64,000 nucleotides of DNA from Nitrospirota bacterium (GTDB lineage: Bacteria; Nitrospirota; JACRHJ01). This document shows, one piece after another, positions 45,689 to 55,941 of this stretch (the first letter of the stretch is position 1; every line of letters starts with the position of its first letter). The notes beneath the pieces are model-generated. The model was not told where the DNA came from and made no database searches. It saw only the letters and a list, made by a program, of their open reading frames with translations. Both the position numbers and the translations under genes were made by a program. Location of the stretch: the NCBI GenBank assembly GCA_963733375.1, contig CAVTDB010000025.1:32001-96000 (forward strand). Direction: 5' to 3'.

Positions 45689-47127
45689 TCAGACCAGGCG
45701 CAGGACTGCTTCGGCCACGGAATAGGCATCCTTTACGCAGTCATTCAGGCCGACACCCCGGTATGCGTTTCCTGCGAAGAAGAGGCCCCGGTATTTGTCT
45801 TCGGCTTTGCTAAGGGTGGCGAGCCTCTCCGAATGCCCCAGCGTGTACATCGGGATAGCTTTTTCATGCCGGAATACGCGGGTCAGCTCCGGCCTCGCCT
45901 TCAGTGCCATGGTTATTCCAAGCTCCTGTAGAGTCAGGTCCGTAAGCTCGTCATCAGGCAGAAACGGCGTCTTATAATCCTTCCCGCCGCCCAGCATCGC
46001 CCGGATAGAGGCCCTTCCCGCAGGTGCCCTGTCCGTGAACACGCTGGAGTCCCACAGACAGCCGATCAACTTTCTGGCCTCATCCATGGCCACCAGAAAC
46101 CCGAAACCGTCAAGCTCCGAGTTCAGCTCCGTTTTCTTAAACCCCATCCCCACCACGGACATCGGGACATACTCTATCGCCGACAGCGTCTCTTTTAGTT
46201 GCGGGTCGAGCGCCGAAAGAAAATCTTTCGCGGCATGGGCGGGCGCGGCGGTAATAAATATATCCGTCTCGAACGGCGCGTCAAGGCCGCCCGCGGACAC
46301 GGTAAATTTCCCGTCCGCTCCCGCCACCCCCACGTCCCCGCCGTCCCGGTACGGCGCACCTCCAGCACCGGCGCGTTCAGCAGGAGCTTCCCCTTGAACG
46401 CCTTCCCCAGGGCGTCGGTCAGGACGTCCAGGCCTCCGTAAAAGGTGGTGAGCACCCCGCCGGGGCCGCCGGGGCCGGATACTTTACCGCCTCCGGCTTT
46501 TTTTATGCCGCCTCCGGCCTGCTTTTTCTCCCTCATTTTGCCTAACATGCCTTTAAACAGCCCGCCGTATTTCTGTTCCAGTTCGTAAATCGTCGGGAAG
46601 CAGGATTTAAGGGCCATCCTCTCCGGGTCCCCGCCGTACACTCCCATAGCCATCGGACCGATAAGCCTGTCCAGCGCCTCCCGGCCAAGCCGCCTGCGGA
46701 CAAAATCCGCCAGCGACTCATCCGACGTGTCGGTCCGCCTCGGTATCCAGTATTCTTTCAGTATGCGGAACTTCCCCCGCCAGGAGAGTAGCCCGCCCAG
46801 GAGGAAACCGGCGGGGGAGAGCAGGTTCAGCCTGCCGCCGGAATAGATATAGCGTTTCCTCGCGGCGTCGTTACTGGGCAGGAGCAGTTCTTCTATCCCC
46901 AGCTTACGGGTGAGGGCCAGGGTATCCGGCTTGTTATTCAAGAACCCGTTCGGGCCCCACTCCATGATGTAGCCGTTTTCGTGATGGGTGCGGATCTTCC
47001 CGCCCACCCGGTCGTCCGCATCCAGGAGGAATATCTCGGCGCTCTTCCCGGCGCCCTCAAGCTTCTCCTGTATGGCATAGGCAAGCGAGAGGCCGCTTAT
47101 CCCCGCCCCCGCGATGGTTATCCGCAT
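45689..47127 (-). CDS. hemG: Protoporphyrinogen/coproporphyrinogen oxidase, HemY-type (frameshift near 46340)
   Basis: GAGISGL, RVGGKI, EWGPNGF, GFGFLV, WDSSVF, AIPMY, GNAYRGVGLNDC. Confidence 0.92.
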
Positions 47128-47227
47128 TATGGATGTCTCCAGTTCAAATATTATAACTGTGGAAGTTTATTTTAAAAGCAGGGAAGCGTCAAATACTTTC
47201 TAAAAAAGCGTCGTGTGGACAAGGTAA

Positions 47228-47566
47228 TTATTTGTCCGCCGTTTTCTCAGATTTTCTTAATCTAAACTTTTTCCTCATCCGTATTCCTGAATCCAGAAAT
47301 CCTTCAAAAACGACAACCGAAGTTATAAATATAAAAGCCTTCATAAATATTTTTACCGGTAATGAATGGTTTGTCATCTCCAGTGATCGCCTTCCGGAAA
47401 AATTTATTGGAGCCATTATCATGGCGGCAAATATCCACAAGGCATATTTTGGAATCTTGTTACGGATGAAGAGTGATTGCAGCAGAAAACCCAAAATAAA
47501 TGGAATTGTTCCCGCACTTACTATCACGATCACTGTAACAATGATTAGCCCTGACATAGTTGACAT
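47228..47566 (-). CDS. AT-rich small membrane protein
   Basis: Three hydrophobic segments and a basic tail; GC well below flanking genes. Confidence 0.55.
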   Translation of the reverse strand: MSTMSGLIIVTVIVIVSAGTIPFILGFLLQSLFIRNKIPKYALWIFAAMIMAPINFSGRRSLEMTNHSLPVKIFMKAFIFITSVVVFEGFLDSGIRMRKKFRLRKSEKTADK

Positions 47567-47726
47567 AAGTATTGGCTTTCACCTTCTCAAGACAATTTAA
47601 ATAAAAGCACAGTGACCACTGGCGCTATCTCTTTGAGATTTCATTTCGGATATTCTATAGGAATTATTCATATAAACAACTGAAATTTTTTTAGAGAGTT
47701 GACATGACGGCTGGACGAGGGGCAGC

Positions 47727-48476
47727 TTAATTTCCCGGTCCGAACGTCCACTGGAAGGCGGCGTATGCGGTAAAGGTATTCGGGCCGTGGATGTCGCGGC
47801 CGGCGGAAAGGAGGATGTGGTGCTCTTCGCTCAGGTTGATTATCGCGCCTAAGTTGAAACTGTAACCGCCGCCTGCGTCCCCGGCCGGGCTTGTACTGCC
47901 GAAGATTTCACCGCCGATTGTCAGCGACTTTGAGAGGTCCCTCTGCAACAGCCAACCACCGAACCAGTAGTCCCTGTTGCCAGCTCCGGGATGATACCAC
48001 CAGCCGCCGCCCCCGTAAGTCGTCCACGGCCCCCAGCTTTTCTGCAGCCATACAGGTATAAAAACCCTTGCCCGTCCCTCGCCAAGGCCCTTTTCGCTGT
48101 CTCCGGTGGGCAGTTCAACAAGCGCAAAGACGCCGGCCTGCGGGATAAACTCGCTTTCATGGACGAAGCGATACTTCACGCCAAGCTCCATATCTCCGAA
48201 CCCGTAATGCGTGCCCAGGCCGTTTGAGCTTGAATAGGCCATCGGGACTATCATGTGGAGCTGGGTTTCCGGCAGGATGCCGTAGTTGACCTCGACATGC
48301 GGGGCGGTGAAAAAAGTGTCCCCGCCGCCGTGGGAAAAAGCCGACGCAAGATAGACTTCCCAGTGGTGCAGCTCGACCGGCTCAGGGTCGTCAGTCATAA
48401 AAGGCGGCCCGGCCCAGGCGGAAAGCGGCACGGCGAGCGCCAGCGCGGCCGCCGCGAACATTTTACCTAATTTCAT
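47727..48476 (-). CDS. Putative outer-membrane beta-barrel ('transporter', MetA-pathway-like)
   Basis: Signal peptide, GPPFMTDDPEP, GFGDMELGVKYRF, LPTGD, terminal AYAAFQWTF. Confidence 0.75.
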   Translation of the reverse strand: MKLGKMFAAAALALAVPLSAWAGPPFMTDDPEPVELHHWEVYLASAFSHGGGDTFFTAPHVEVNYGILPETQLHMIVPMAYSSSNGLGTHYGFGDMELGVKYRFVHESEFIPQAGVFALVELPTGDSEKGLGEGRARVFIPVWLQKSWGPWTTYGGGGWWYHPGAGNRDYWFGGWLLQRDLSKSLTIGGEIFGSTSPAGDAGGGYSFNLGAIINLSEEHHILLSAGRDIHGPNTFTAYAAFQWTFGPGN

Positions 48477-48608
48477 GTTTTCATTAATTATGAGGTGACG
48501 ACAGGAAGTATAACATACCCAAAAACGTGCAACTTCTTTTGCCTCAGAATAACCACCAGGAGCCTAACCTGTTATAATTAAAGTAGGACTTATCATAGGA
48601 GGCGGACT

Positions 48609-51027
48609 ATGTCTAACTATCGCGAACTCCAACCGGAAGACCTCACGTGGCGGCTGGACGAGGAGCAATTTACGTTTAAATCCACTGCCGAAGTGTCCCC
48701 CGTGGAAGGGACCATAGGCCAGGAGAGGGCGCTTCGGGCGCTGGACTTCGGCCTGGGGATAAAAAGCTTCGGATATAACCTCTACGTGATGGGCCAGCCG
48801 GGTACGGGCCGGGCCAGCACGGTCACAAAGGTCCTGAAAAAGAAGGCCCTGACGGCCCCGGGGCCGATGGACTGGGTCTATTTGATGGACTTCAAAAAAC
48901 CCGACAAGCCGGCTATCGTGGGCCTCCCCAAGGGGAAGGGAGGCGAGCTCAAGACGGACATGGAAACGCTTATAGACCAACTGAAGAAGGCCATACCCAA
49001 GGCGTTCGAGGGCGCGGATTTCGAGAAGAGGCGCGAGGAGCTGGTGAGCCGTGCATAACAAGCAGACCAGCCAGGCGCTGGAGGAACTGGACGCCGACGC
49101 GAACCAGAAGGGCTTTGCGGTGGAGCGCTCGCCGAGGGGCGTGTTTCTCGTGCCCAAAAAGCCCAGCGGTCAGCTTATGTCGCAGGAGGAATTCGAGAGC
49201 GAGGACCCGAACGTAAAGCAGAAGATAGAGGAGCAGGGAAACGAGCTGCAGGCGAAGCTCTGCCGACGTGATGCGCAGGGTCCGCGATGTGGAGAAGGGA
49301 CTCTCGGAGCAGCTGCAAGGACTTAAACCGCGAGTTCGGGGTTTACGCCGTCGGCCACCTTATCCAGGAGCTTCGCGACAAGTACCGGGAGTTCCCGAAG
49401 ATTCTGTCCTACCTGGACGAGGTGAACGAAAATATCCTTGAGCACTTGGACGACTTCCGCCCATCGGAGCAGACGCCCCAGATCCCGTTCGCGCCGAGGC
49501 AGGAGCCTTCTTTCGAAAGGTATAAAGTGAACCTCCTGGTCGATAACTGCTGCGCCGAGGGCGCTCCGGTCGTCTTTGAGTCCAACCCGACCTATCCGAA
49601 CCTCTTCGGCCACATAGACCAGAAGGTGCAGTACGGTTTCGCCACGACGGATTTTACGCTCATCAAGCCGGGCGCCCTGCACCGCGCGAACGGCGGCTAT
49701 TTGGTCGTGGAGGCGATGGACCTGCTGCGGAACCCGTTCGCGTACGAGGGCTTAAAGCGCGCGCTGAAGAACAAGACCGTCGCCATAGAGGACGTGCTGG
49801 AGCCGTACAGGCTGGTCTCCTTCCAGACCTTGAAACCGGAGCCCGTGCCGCTCGACGTGAAGGTGGTGCTGGTCGGCCCTCCGATGGTTTATTACCTCCT
49901 GTACTCGATGGACGAGGAATACCGCAAGCTCTTTAAAGTCCATGCGGATTTCGACAGCCGCCTCGACAGGACTCCGGAAACGGTGGACGCATTCGCCGGG
50001 TTCATAGCGGCCAAGGCAAAAGAAGAAAACCTGCTTCCCTTCTCGCGTTCCGGCGTCTCAAGGAGTAGTGGAGCATGCGGCCAGGCTGGTCTCGGACAAG
50101 CAGAAGCTCTCCCTTAAGTTCCTGGACGTCCTGGACATCCTGCGCGAGGCGTCGTACTGGGCCGGCAAGGAAAATTCGGAGACGGTGGACCGGGCGCACG
50201 TGGAGAAGGCGGTCGAGGAAAATACCTACCGGTCGAACATGCTGGAGGAGAAGATCCGGGAGGCTATAAAAGAGGGCGTGATTTATGTGGACGTCGATGG
50301 AGAGGTCGTCGGCCAGGTTAACGGCCTTTCGGTAATCGGCCTGGGCGGGTACTCCTTCGGCAGGCCGTCCCGCATAACCGCAAGTACGTTCATGGGCAAG
50401 GGCATGGTGAACATCGAACGCGAGGTGAAGATGTCCGGCCCCATCCACGACAAAGGCGTCCTCATCCTGACCGGGTATTTAGGCGATAAATTCGCGCATG
50501 ACAAGCCGCTCGCCTTTTCCGCGTCGATTGCCTTCGAGCAGTCGTATGAGGGCATCGAGGGCGACTCCGCGTCCTCAACGGAGCTGTACGCGCTCCTGTC
50601 GTCGCTCTCCGGCCTTCCGATAAAGCAGGGCATCGCCGTCACCGGCTCGATAAACCAGCGCGGCGAAATCCAGCCCATCGGCGGGGTGAACGAGAAGGTG
50701 GAGGGATTCTTCGAGGTCTGCAAACAGATGGGCCTTACCGGTGAGCAGGGCGTGATGGTGCCGGAATCCAACGTCAGGCACCTGATGTTAAAAGACGAGG
50801 TAGTCCGGGCGGCGCGCGAGGGCCGTTTCCACATCTGGGCCGTCAAGGACGCGGACGCGGGCATAGAGATCCTGACCGGGACCAAGGCGGGCGAGAGACA
50901 GCCGGACGGTACTTACCCCGAAGGCACCGTGAACCAGATGGTGGACCAGAGGTTAATCAAGTTTGCGCGGGAAATGAAGGAATTCATGGAGCCCCCGGCG
51001 GGCGGGGAGCTGCCTAAGGCTGCCTGA
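48609..51027 (+). CDS. LonC-like protease (AAA-like domain plus S16 protease; three frameshifts)
   Basis: IGQERA, GQPGTGR (Walker A without Lys), PGALHRANGG, VGQVNGLSV, EGDSASS (catalytic Ser), IGGVNEKVEGF (Lys). Confidence 0.93.
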
Positions 51028-51077
51028 GGCTGCTTAAATGGCTCGGGGAGCTTGTCTTCAAGACTTAGGGGCCGGTG

Positions 51078-51899
51078 CTAAATTTTCAGTTTCGGGTCCA
51101 GCCAGTCGCGCAGGCTGTCGCCCAGGATATTGAAGGACAGGACCGTAACGGCGATGGCCGCGCCGGGGAATATCACCGTCCAGGGCGCGGAAAGAATATA
51201 GTTGCGGGACAGGCTTATCATAGACCCCCAGGTGGGCGTGGGCGGCTGTGCGCCGAGGCCAAGGAAGCTGAGCGCGCTCTCGGCAAGGATGAAGCTCCCC
51301 ACCTTCAGGCTTCCGGCCACGATAATCAGCGGCAGGCAGTTGGGCAGGATGTGCCTGAACATTATCCTGACCGGGCCGCTGCCGGACGCCCTTGCCGCCT
51401 CCACGAACTGCTGCTCCTTCATGGACAGCACCATCCCACGCGAGAGCCTTGCAAACGACGCCCAGCCGACAAGCGAAAGCGCCAGCATGACCGTATATAT
51501 CCCCGGCGGCAAAACCACCGAGATGCCGATTGCAAGGAGCAGGCTTGGAAAGGCCATTACCATGTCCGTCAGCGCGGTCATGGCATAGTCCCACAATCCC
51601 CCGACATAGCCGCCGACAGTACCGACCACGATGCCGATAACCATCGAGATGAGCGACGCGACAAGCCCGACTAAAAGCGACACCCGCGCCCCGAATATCA
51701 CCCGCGAAAACACGTCCCGGCCCATGTTGTCCGTCCCCATCCAGTGCTTAAAGGACGGCGGAAGGCGCAGCGCGTCAAGGTTTATCCGAAGCGGGTCAAA
51801 GGGGGAAATGAAGTTCGCGGCGACGGCAATCAGGATAAGCCCGGCGATTATCAATGCCGAAATGAACGCGGTTTTATTTTTATGAACGAATAATATCAT
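51078..51899 (-). CDS. Peptide ABC transporter permease (OppC/DppC family)
   Basis: HWMGTDNMGRDVFSR, FVEAARASG, RHILPN, LSFLGLG, GDSLRDWLDP. Confidence 0.95.
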   Translation of the reverse strand: MILFVHKNKTAFISALIIAGLILIAVAANFISPFDPLRINLDALRLPPSFKHWMGTDNMGRDVFSRVIFGARVSLLVGLVASLISMVIGIVVGTVGGYVGGLWDYAMTALTDMVMAFPSLLLAIGISVVLPPGIYTVMLALSLVGWASFARLSRGMVLSMKEQQFVEAARASGSGPVRIMFRHILPNCLPLIIVAGSLKVGSFILAESALSFLGLGAQPPTPTWGSMISLSRNYILSAPWTVIFPGAAIAVTVLSFNILGDSLRDWLDPKLKI

Positions 51900-52499
51900 T
51901 TAAAGTTAAAGCGGTTCTTCCATGGCAATTTTTTAATCAAGGTATATGAATTTCCATTCCATTTATAAATATTGGCAAATTCAGGCTCTACTCCGCTTTT
52001 ATTTTCATGAAAAACATTGCCTGAAGAAAGAAGTAACCCAATGCCGTCATCTATATCTACAATCTCGGGCATAGCTCTTACACCCTGTTCCAATGCTATC
52101 TTTATCTTCCCTTTATCATCAATCGAGAAAATTTTTATATGATACGCGCTGCCGCCAGAACCAAATCGTTAGAAGGTTTCCATCGTAAAGAGGATAGAGG
52201 CCAAGAAAATCCATTTCTTCGATTTCATAAATTTTAATTAAATTGTTATTTGCTTTCTCATAGAAACTGAGTTTTTGAAACGGAACGACGGAGTCATTTA
52301 TTTTTTGCGAATGACTAGTCACAATACAAAAAAAATCCCTACCCTTTATATTCCATTAATGCATTGTCACAATATTTTTCTCATTCAAAACATCAAATAA
52401 AGAAAAGCTCTTAATCTCATCAGCTCGACCGTCAATAGGAGTATAGAAAAGAAGCATGGAAAAAATTGCCGTCATTAAAAAAGGCAGGAATGATTTCAT
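51896..52499 (-). CDS. AT-rich exported hypothetical protein (frameshifted into three ORFs)
   Basis: MKSFLPFLMTAIFSMLLF signal peptide; ends ANIYKWNGNSYTLIKKLPWKNRFNFK; ATGA overlaps at both ends. Confidence 0.65.
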
Positions 52500-53431
52500 T
52501 TCACCCTCCCATATCTTATTCTTGGGTCGATATACGCATACGCGAAGTCGGCAAGCATGTTGAAGAACACGAACGCGGCGGAGCCGACCAGGACGGTGCC
52601 GAGGATTACGGGGTAGTCGCGCTTCATTATGCCGTCCAGGGCGTAGCGGCCGAGGCCGTCCCATCCGAAGATCGTCTCCGTCAAAACCGAGCCGTTAAGT
52701 AAGCTCCCGAAATCTATCGCCACCAGCGTGATTACCGGAATTAACGCATTACGGAGCGCGTGCTTCGCGACGACGAAAAACGGCGATACCCCTTTCGCCT
52801 TTGCCGTCATGATGTATTGCGAGCCGAGCGCCTCGATTAAGCTCATGCGGGTGATGCGGGCGACGAACGCGGCTGAGTTCAGCCCCAGGGTCGCCGCAGG
52901 CAGGACAAGGTAAATCGGGTTCCCCCCTCCCATCCCGGACGGCGGGAATATCGGCAGGATGAACGCGAACAGGAGCATCAGGACAAGCCCGACCCAGAAC
53001 ACGGGCAGGGATATGCCAGCGAGGGCCACGCCGGAAAAAATCTTCTCCCACGCCCCGCCCCGGTTCACGGCGGAGAGAATGCCGAGTATTCCGCCGAAGA
53101 GCACCGATATAAGCATCGCGGCGAAGGCGAGGCGAAGCGTGTTGGGGAACTTCTGGAGGATGTCTTCGGAGACGTCGCGTCTGGTATAGTACGACTTCCC
53201 GAGGTTTCCGTGAGCGAGAAGTCTTAAGTAGCCTATAAACTGCCTGGGTAGCGGTTTATCCTCGCCAAGTTGTTGACGTATCGCCTCGACCGTCTTTGGG
53301 TCCGCCCGTTCTCCCACCAGCCCCAGCGCGGGGTCTCCGGGTATTGCCCGCAGCAGCAGGAACGTAACGAGGGCGAGGCCGAACAGTGTGGGGATGGCGA
53401 TGAGAAGGCGTTTGGATATAAAGAAAACCAT
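52496..53431 (-). CDS. Peptide ABC transporter permease (OppB/DppB family)
   Basis: IPGDPA, GNLGKSY, YIMTAKAKG, HALRNA, RDYP, DPRI. Confidence 0.95.
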   Translation of the reverse strand: MVFFISKRLLIAIPTLFGLALVTFLLLRAIPGDPALGLVGERADPKTVEAIRQQLGEDKPLPRQFIGYLRLLAHGNLGKSYYTRRDVSEDILQKFPNTLRLAFAAMLISVLFGGILGILSAVNRGGAWEKIFSGVALAGISLPVFWVGLVLMLLFAFILPIFPPSGMGGGNPIYLVLPAATLGLNSAAFVARITRMSLIEALGSQYIMTAKAKGVSPFFVVAKHALRNALIPVITLVAIDFGSLLNGSVLTETIFGWDGLGRYALDGIMKRDYPVILGTVLVGSAAFVFFNMLADFAYAYIDPRIRYGRVK

Positions 53432-53444
53432 TCAACCTGACTTC

Positions 53445-53472
53445 CTGGATTCCCGCCTGCGCGGGGATGACG
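53445..53472 (-). repeat. CGTC-tagged REP-like palindrome
   Basis: Minus strand CGTCATCCCCGCGCAGGCGGGAATCCAG matches the GTCATTCCCGC...GCGGGAATCC repeat type. Confidence 0.75.
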
Positions 53473-53486
53473 TGATATTTTCCTTA

Positions 53487-53600
53487 TTCCCGCCCACCTG
53501 CGGGGAGGGGTTTATTTTCCCCTCTGCTCCCCCCTCGCCACCTGCGGGAGAGGTATTACATGCTCCCTCGCCCCTTGTGGGAGAGGGCTGGGGAGAGGGG
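53487..53600 (+). repeat. BoxC/PIT-like G/C triplex-type repeats (one full, two partial)
   Basis: CCCTCGCCCCTTGTGGGAGAGGGCTGGGGAGAGGGG (53565-53600); degenerate units CCCGCCCACCTGCGGGGAGGGG and CCCTCGCCACCTGCGGGAGAGG. Confidence 0.7.
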
Positions 53601-53603
53601 TAT

Positions 53604-53975
53604 TTATTTCTTTTCCAGCGACGCAAGCACCATATCCAGCACTTCCATCTGGCGGGCCTCGTGCTTGTTTAAAACGCAGAGGCAGCCGCCCATCGGTATG
53701 ACCTCGTGCAGGTATTCGGCGTCCCGGCCGGAGACGATTATTATCTTCTTTTTGTCCAAACCACGCGATATGGCGTACATCAGGAGCTTCTTGCCGTCCA
53801 CGGCAGGCATTTCCAGGTCTATCATCAAAAGGTCAAGCGAGTTATCGATCAAGGTCAGGGCCTTGATAGGGTCCTGGCAGGTAAGCGGCTCTATCCCCGG
53901 GAAACGCTCCCGGATGTGTTGGGCGAGCTTCTTCAGCATCGCCGCGTCGTCATCCACGTAAAGTAATCGTTTCAT
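53604..53975 (-). CDS. Single-domain response regulator
   Basis: LLYVDDD, LMIDLEMP, IIVSG, LNK. Confidence 0.88.
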   Translation of the reverse strand: MKRLLYVDDDAAMLKKLAQHIRERFPGIEPLTCQDPIKALTLIDNSLDLLMIDLEMPAVDGKKLLMYAISRGLDKKKIIIVSGRDAEYLHEVIPMGGCLCVLNKHEARQMEVLDMVLASLEKK

Positions 53976-54053
53976 AGACTTGAGAGTGTAATACCGGCGG
54001 GGGTGGAAAGTCAATAATTGACTTGCATGGGCCCTTAAGGCTAAAATGGCCGT

Positions 54054-54683
54054 ATGGATAAAAATAACTGGATAAAGACGGTATTTTTCGACCTGGGCAA
54101 GGTGCTCCTGTCGTTTAACCACGAAAATCTCGTAGAGAGGCTCCTGTCTAAAAGTGATGCCGACGAGGAGACGTCAACCGACCTTTTCACCTTCCTTTTC
54201 GACGCCAGGGACGGCCTGTGCAACCTCTACGACGAAGGCCTTATCTCCTCCCGCGATTTCTACAATAGTATTAACGCCCGCTTTCCCCTGAACGCATCGT
54301 ATGACGAGTTCGCCGGACTCTGGAACGACATATTTACGGAAAACCGGGAAGTATCCGCCCTGATGGAAAAAGTACGTGAAAAAAGGCCGGTCTACCTCCT
54401 TTCGAACGTCAACGAGCTGCACTGGGAGTTCTGCCGGGATAAGTTCGAAGTGCTGGGCAGGATGGACGGGTGGGTGCTTTCCTATGAGGTCAAATTTAAA
54501 AAGCCCAAGGCGCCGATCTACCTGGCGGCCCTGGAAAAGGCGGGCGCGGGGCCGGGCGAGAGCATATTCATAGACGATATGGCCGAGAATACCGCCGCCG
54601 CGGAAGAGATGGGGATAAAGGGCATAACCTTCATGGGCGCGGACGATTTGCGGGAAAGACTTTTGGAGTTGGAAATTATTTAG
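54054..54683 (+). CDS. HAD-superfamily phosphatase (YihX-like)
   Basis: FFDLGKVL, LLSN, KKP, FIDD. Confidence 0.92.
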   Translation: MDKNNWIKTVFFDLGKVLLSFNHENLVERLLSKSDADEETSTDLFTFLFDARDGLCNLYDEGLISSRDFYNSINARFPLNASYDEFAGLWNDIFTENREVSALMEKVREKRPVYLLSNVNELHWEFCRDKFEVLGRMDGWVLSYEVKFKKPKAPIYLAALEKAGAGPGESIFIDDMAENTAAAEEMGIKGITFMGADDLRERLLELEII

Positions 54684-54690
54684 AAAAACC

Positions 54691-54792
54691 GTTACTTTCT
54701 TTTCACGGGAAAAGAAAGTAACACAAAGAAAAGCGGGACTATTAAAACTAGTCCAAAAGTTTTTGGCGTTACCTTTTTCCCAAAAAGGTAAC
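54691..54792. repeat. Bipartite AT-rich hairpin/mirror repeat, locus 4
   Basis: GTTACTTTCTTTTC-ACGG-GAAAAGAAAGTAAC-ACAAAGAAAAGC, central GGACTA/TAGTCC hairpin, then TTTTTGGC-GTTACCTTTTT-CCC-AAAAAGGTAAC. Confidence 0.9.
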
Positions 54793-54797
54793 AGGTC

Positions 54798-55859
54798 TTA
54801 AGGTTGTACGGTAGCCTCCGCAGTGTTTGAAGCCCCGCTTTCGTTCGGCGGCGTGGCGTTATCCACAGCCGTCACGTAATAGGTATATTTCACACCCGCC
54901 GAAACGTCCCTGTCCGTATAGGTCGTATTTGGAATAAGCGCCGCGTCCAGCTTTTTTGGGGCGGATTCGCCTTCACCCCGCCTGTACAGGTTATACCCTG
55001 CTATGTCCGTTTCCGTCGACGGCTCCCAGGAAAGCATCACCGCGCCCTCGCCCGGAACGGCCTGAAGTCCGGTCGGCGGAGGCGGGGCCTGCAATTTCGC
55101 GGGCGTCGCGCATACCTCTACCGACTGCTCTCCCTCGGTCAGCGGCGGCTCGATGCCCCTGAGCACGGCTACGGTATAGCAGTAGGTTGTGCGGTTACTA
55201 CGGCCCGTATCGGTATAGTTGTTTTCTTTGACGGGCTGCCTGTTTATCAGCGTCTGCCCCTTTACGTCCTTTTCATGCCGGTAGATGTTATAACCTGCCA
55301 GGTCGTCCATCTTTCGGCCCCCTTGGTCGCCCAAAGCGGGCTCCCAGGAAAGCTGTACCGTCCCGTTGCCAGAAGTCGCCGTAAGCTTTGTGATCTTGCC
55401 CGGAGGCATCAGGAAATTCAACGGGTGCGTCTGTGCGGCTTCCCCGCTGAACCCGTCCTTGTTCAGGGGCAGGACCTTATAGACGTATCTCCTTCCGAAG
55501 ATACCGCTTCTGTCCGCCCAGACGACCTTCTTCCCCTGCACCACTGCGTCCTTCGGGAATTCAAGGTCTATATAGCCCGCTTTCTCGAACGCGCAGGGGC
55601 AGCCCGTCTCTCCCGCCGGGATTTCCGCGCGCTGCACCAGGAAACCGGCTAAGTCCGTCAGCGGCTCGTTCCGGCTGTTCTTGTCGGGTGCGGTCCAGGA
55701 AAGTATCATGGCTCCCGGCTTAAGATCCACGGAGAGGTCCGTCACCGGTTTCGGCAGGACGGTGCCGGGTATTATAAGGTCCCCTTTCCTGCCGCAGGAG
55801 TTAATAAGAAAAAAAGCGGCTATCAGGGCGGGAAATAAAAAAAGAAAGTTCTTCCTCAA
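54798..55859 (-). CDS. Lipoprotein with three fibronectin type III domains
   Basis: SCGRKGDLIIP lipobox; repeated LSW...GYNxYR...YxYxV pattern. Confidence 0.88.
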   Translation of the reverse strand: MRKNFLFLFPALIAAFFLINSCGRKGDLIIPGTVLPKPVTDLSVDLKPGAMILSWTAPDKNSRNEPLTDLAGFLVQRAEIPAGETGCPCAFEKAGYIDLEFPKDAVVQGKKVVWADRSGIFGRRYVYKVLPLNKDGFSGEAAQTHPLNFLMPPGKITKLTATSGNGTVQLSWEPALGDQGGRKMDDLAGYNIYRHEKDVKGQTLINRQPVKENNYTDTGRSNRTTYCYTVAVLRGIEPPLTEGEQSVEVCATPAKLQAPPPPTGLQAVPGEGAVMLSWEPSTETDIAGYNLYRRGEGESAPKKLDAALIPNTTYTDRDVSAGVKYTYYVTAVDNATPPNESGASNTAEATVQP

Positions 55860-55941
55860 GGAAAGTTCTCCTGTAATAAATTGCTATAATTAAATAATCA
55901 TCGGGAGTATAACATAGGAAACCAAGAGGATTCAATTATTT

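Noticed and set aside
48790-48830. Walker A without lysine in the Lon-like protease as a novelty
   Set aside because: This is an established feature of the ATP-independent LonC subfamily.
53432-53626. 64-aa ORF containing PSPQPSPTRGEG
   Set aside because: Spurious translation of the BoxC/REP repeats.
54009-54023. Palindrome AGTCAA-TAA-TTGACT as a transcription-factor site
   Set aside because: Fully explained by two back-to-back -35 hexamers of divergent promoters.
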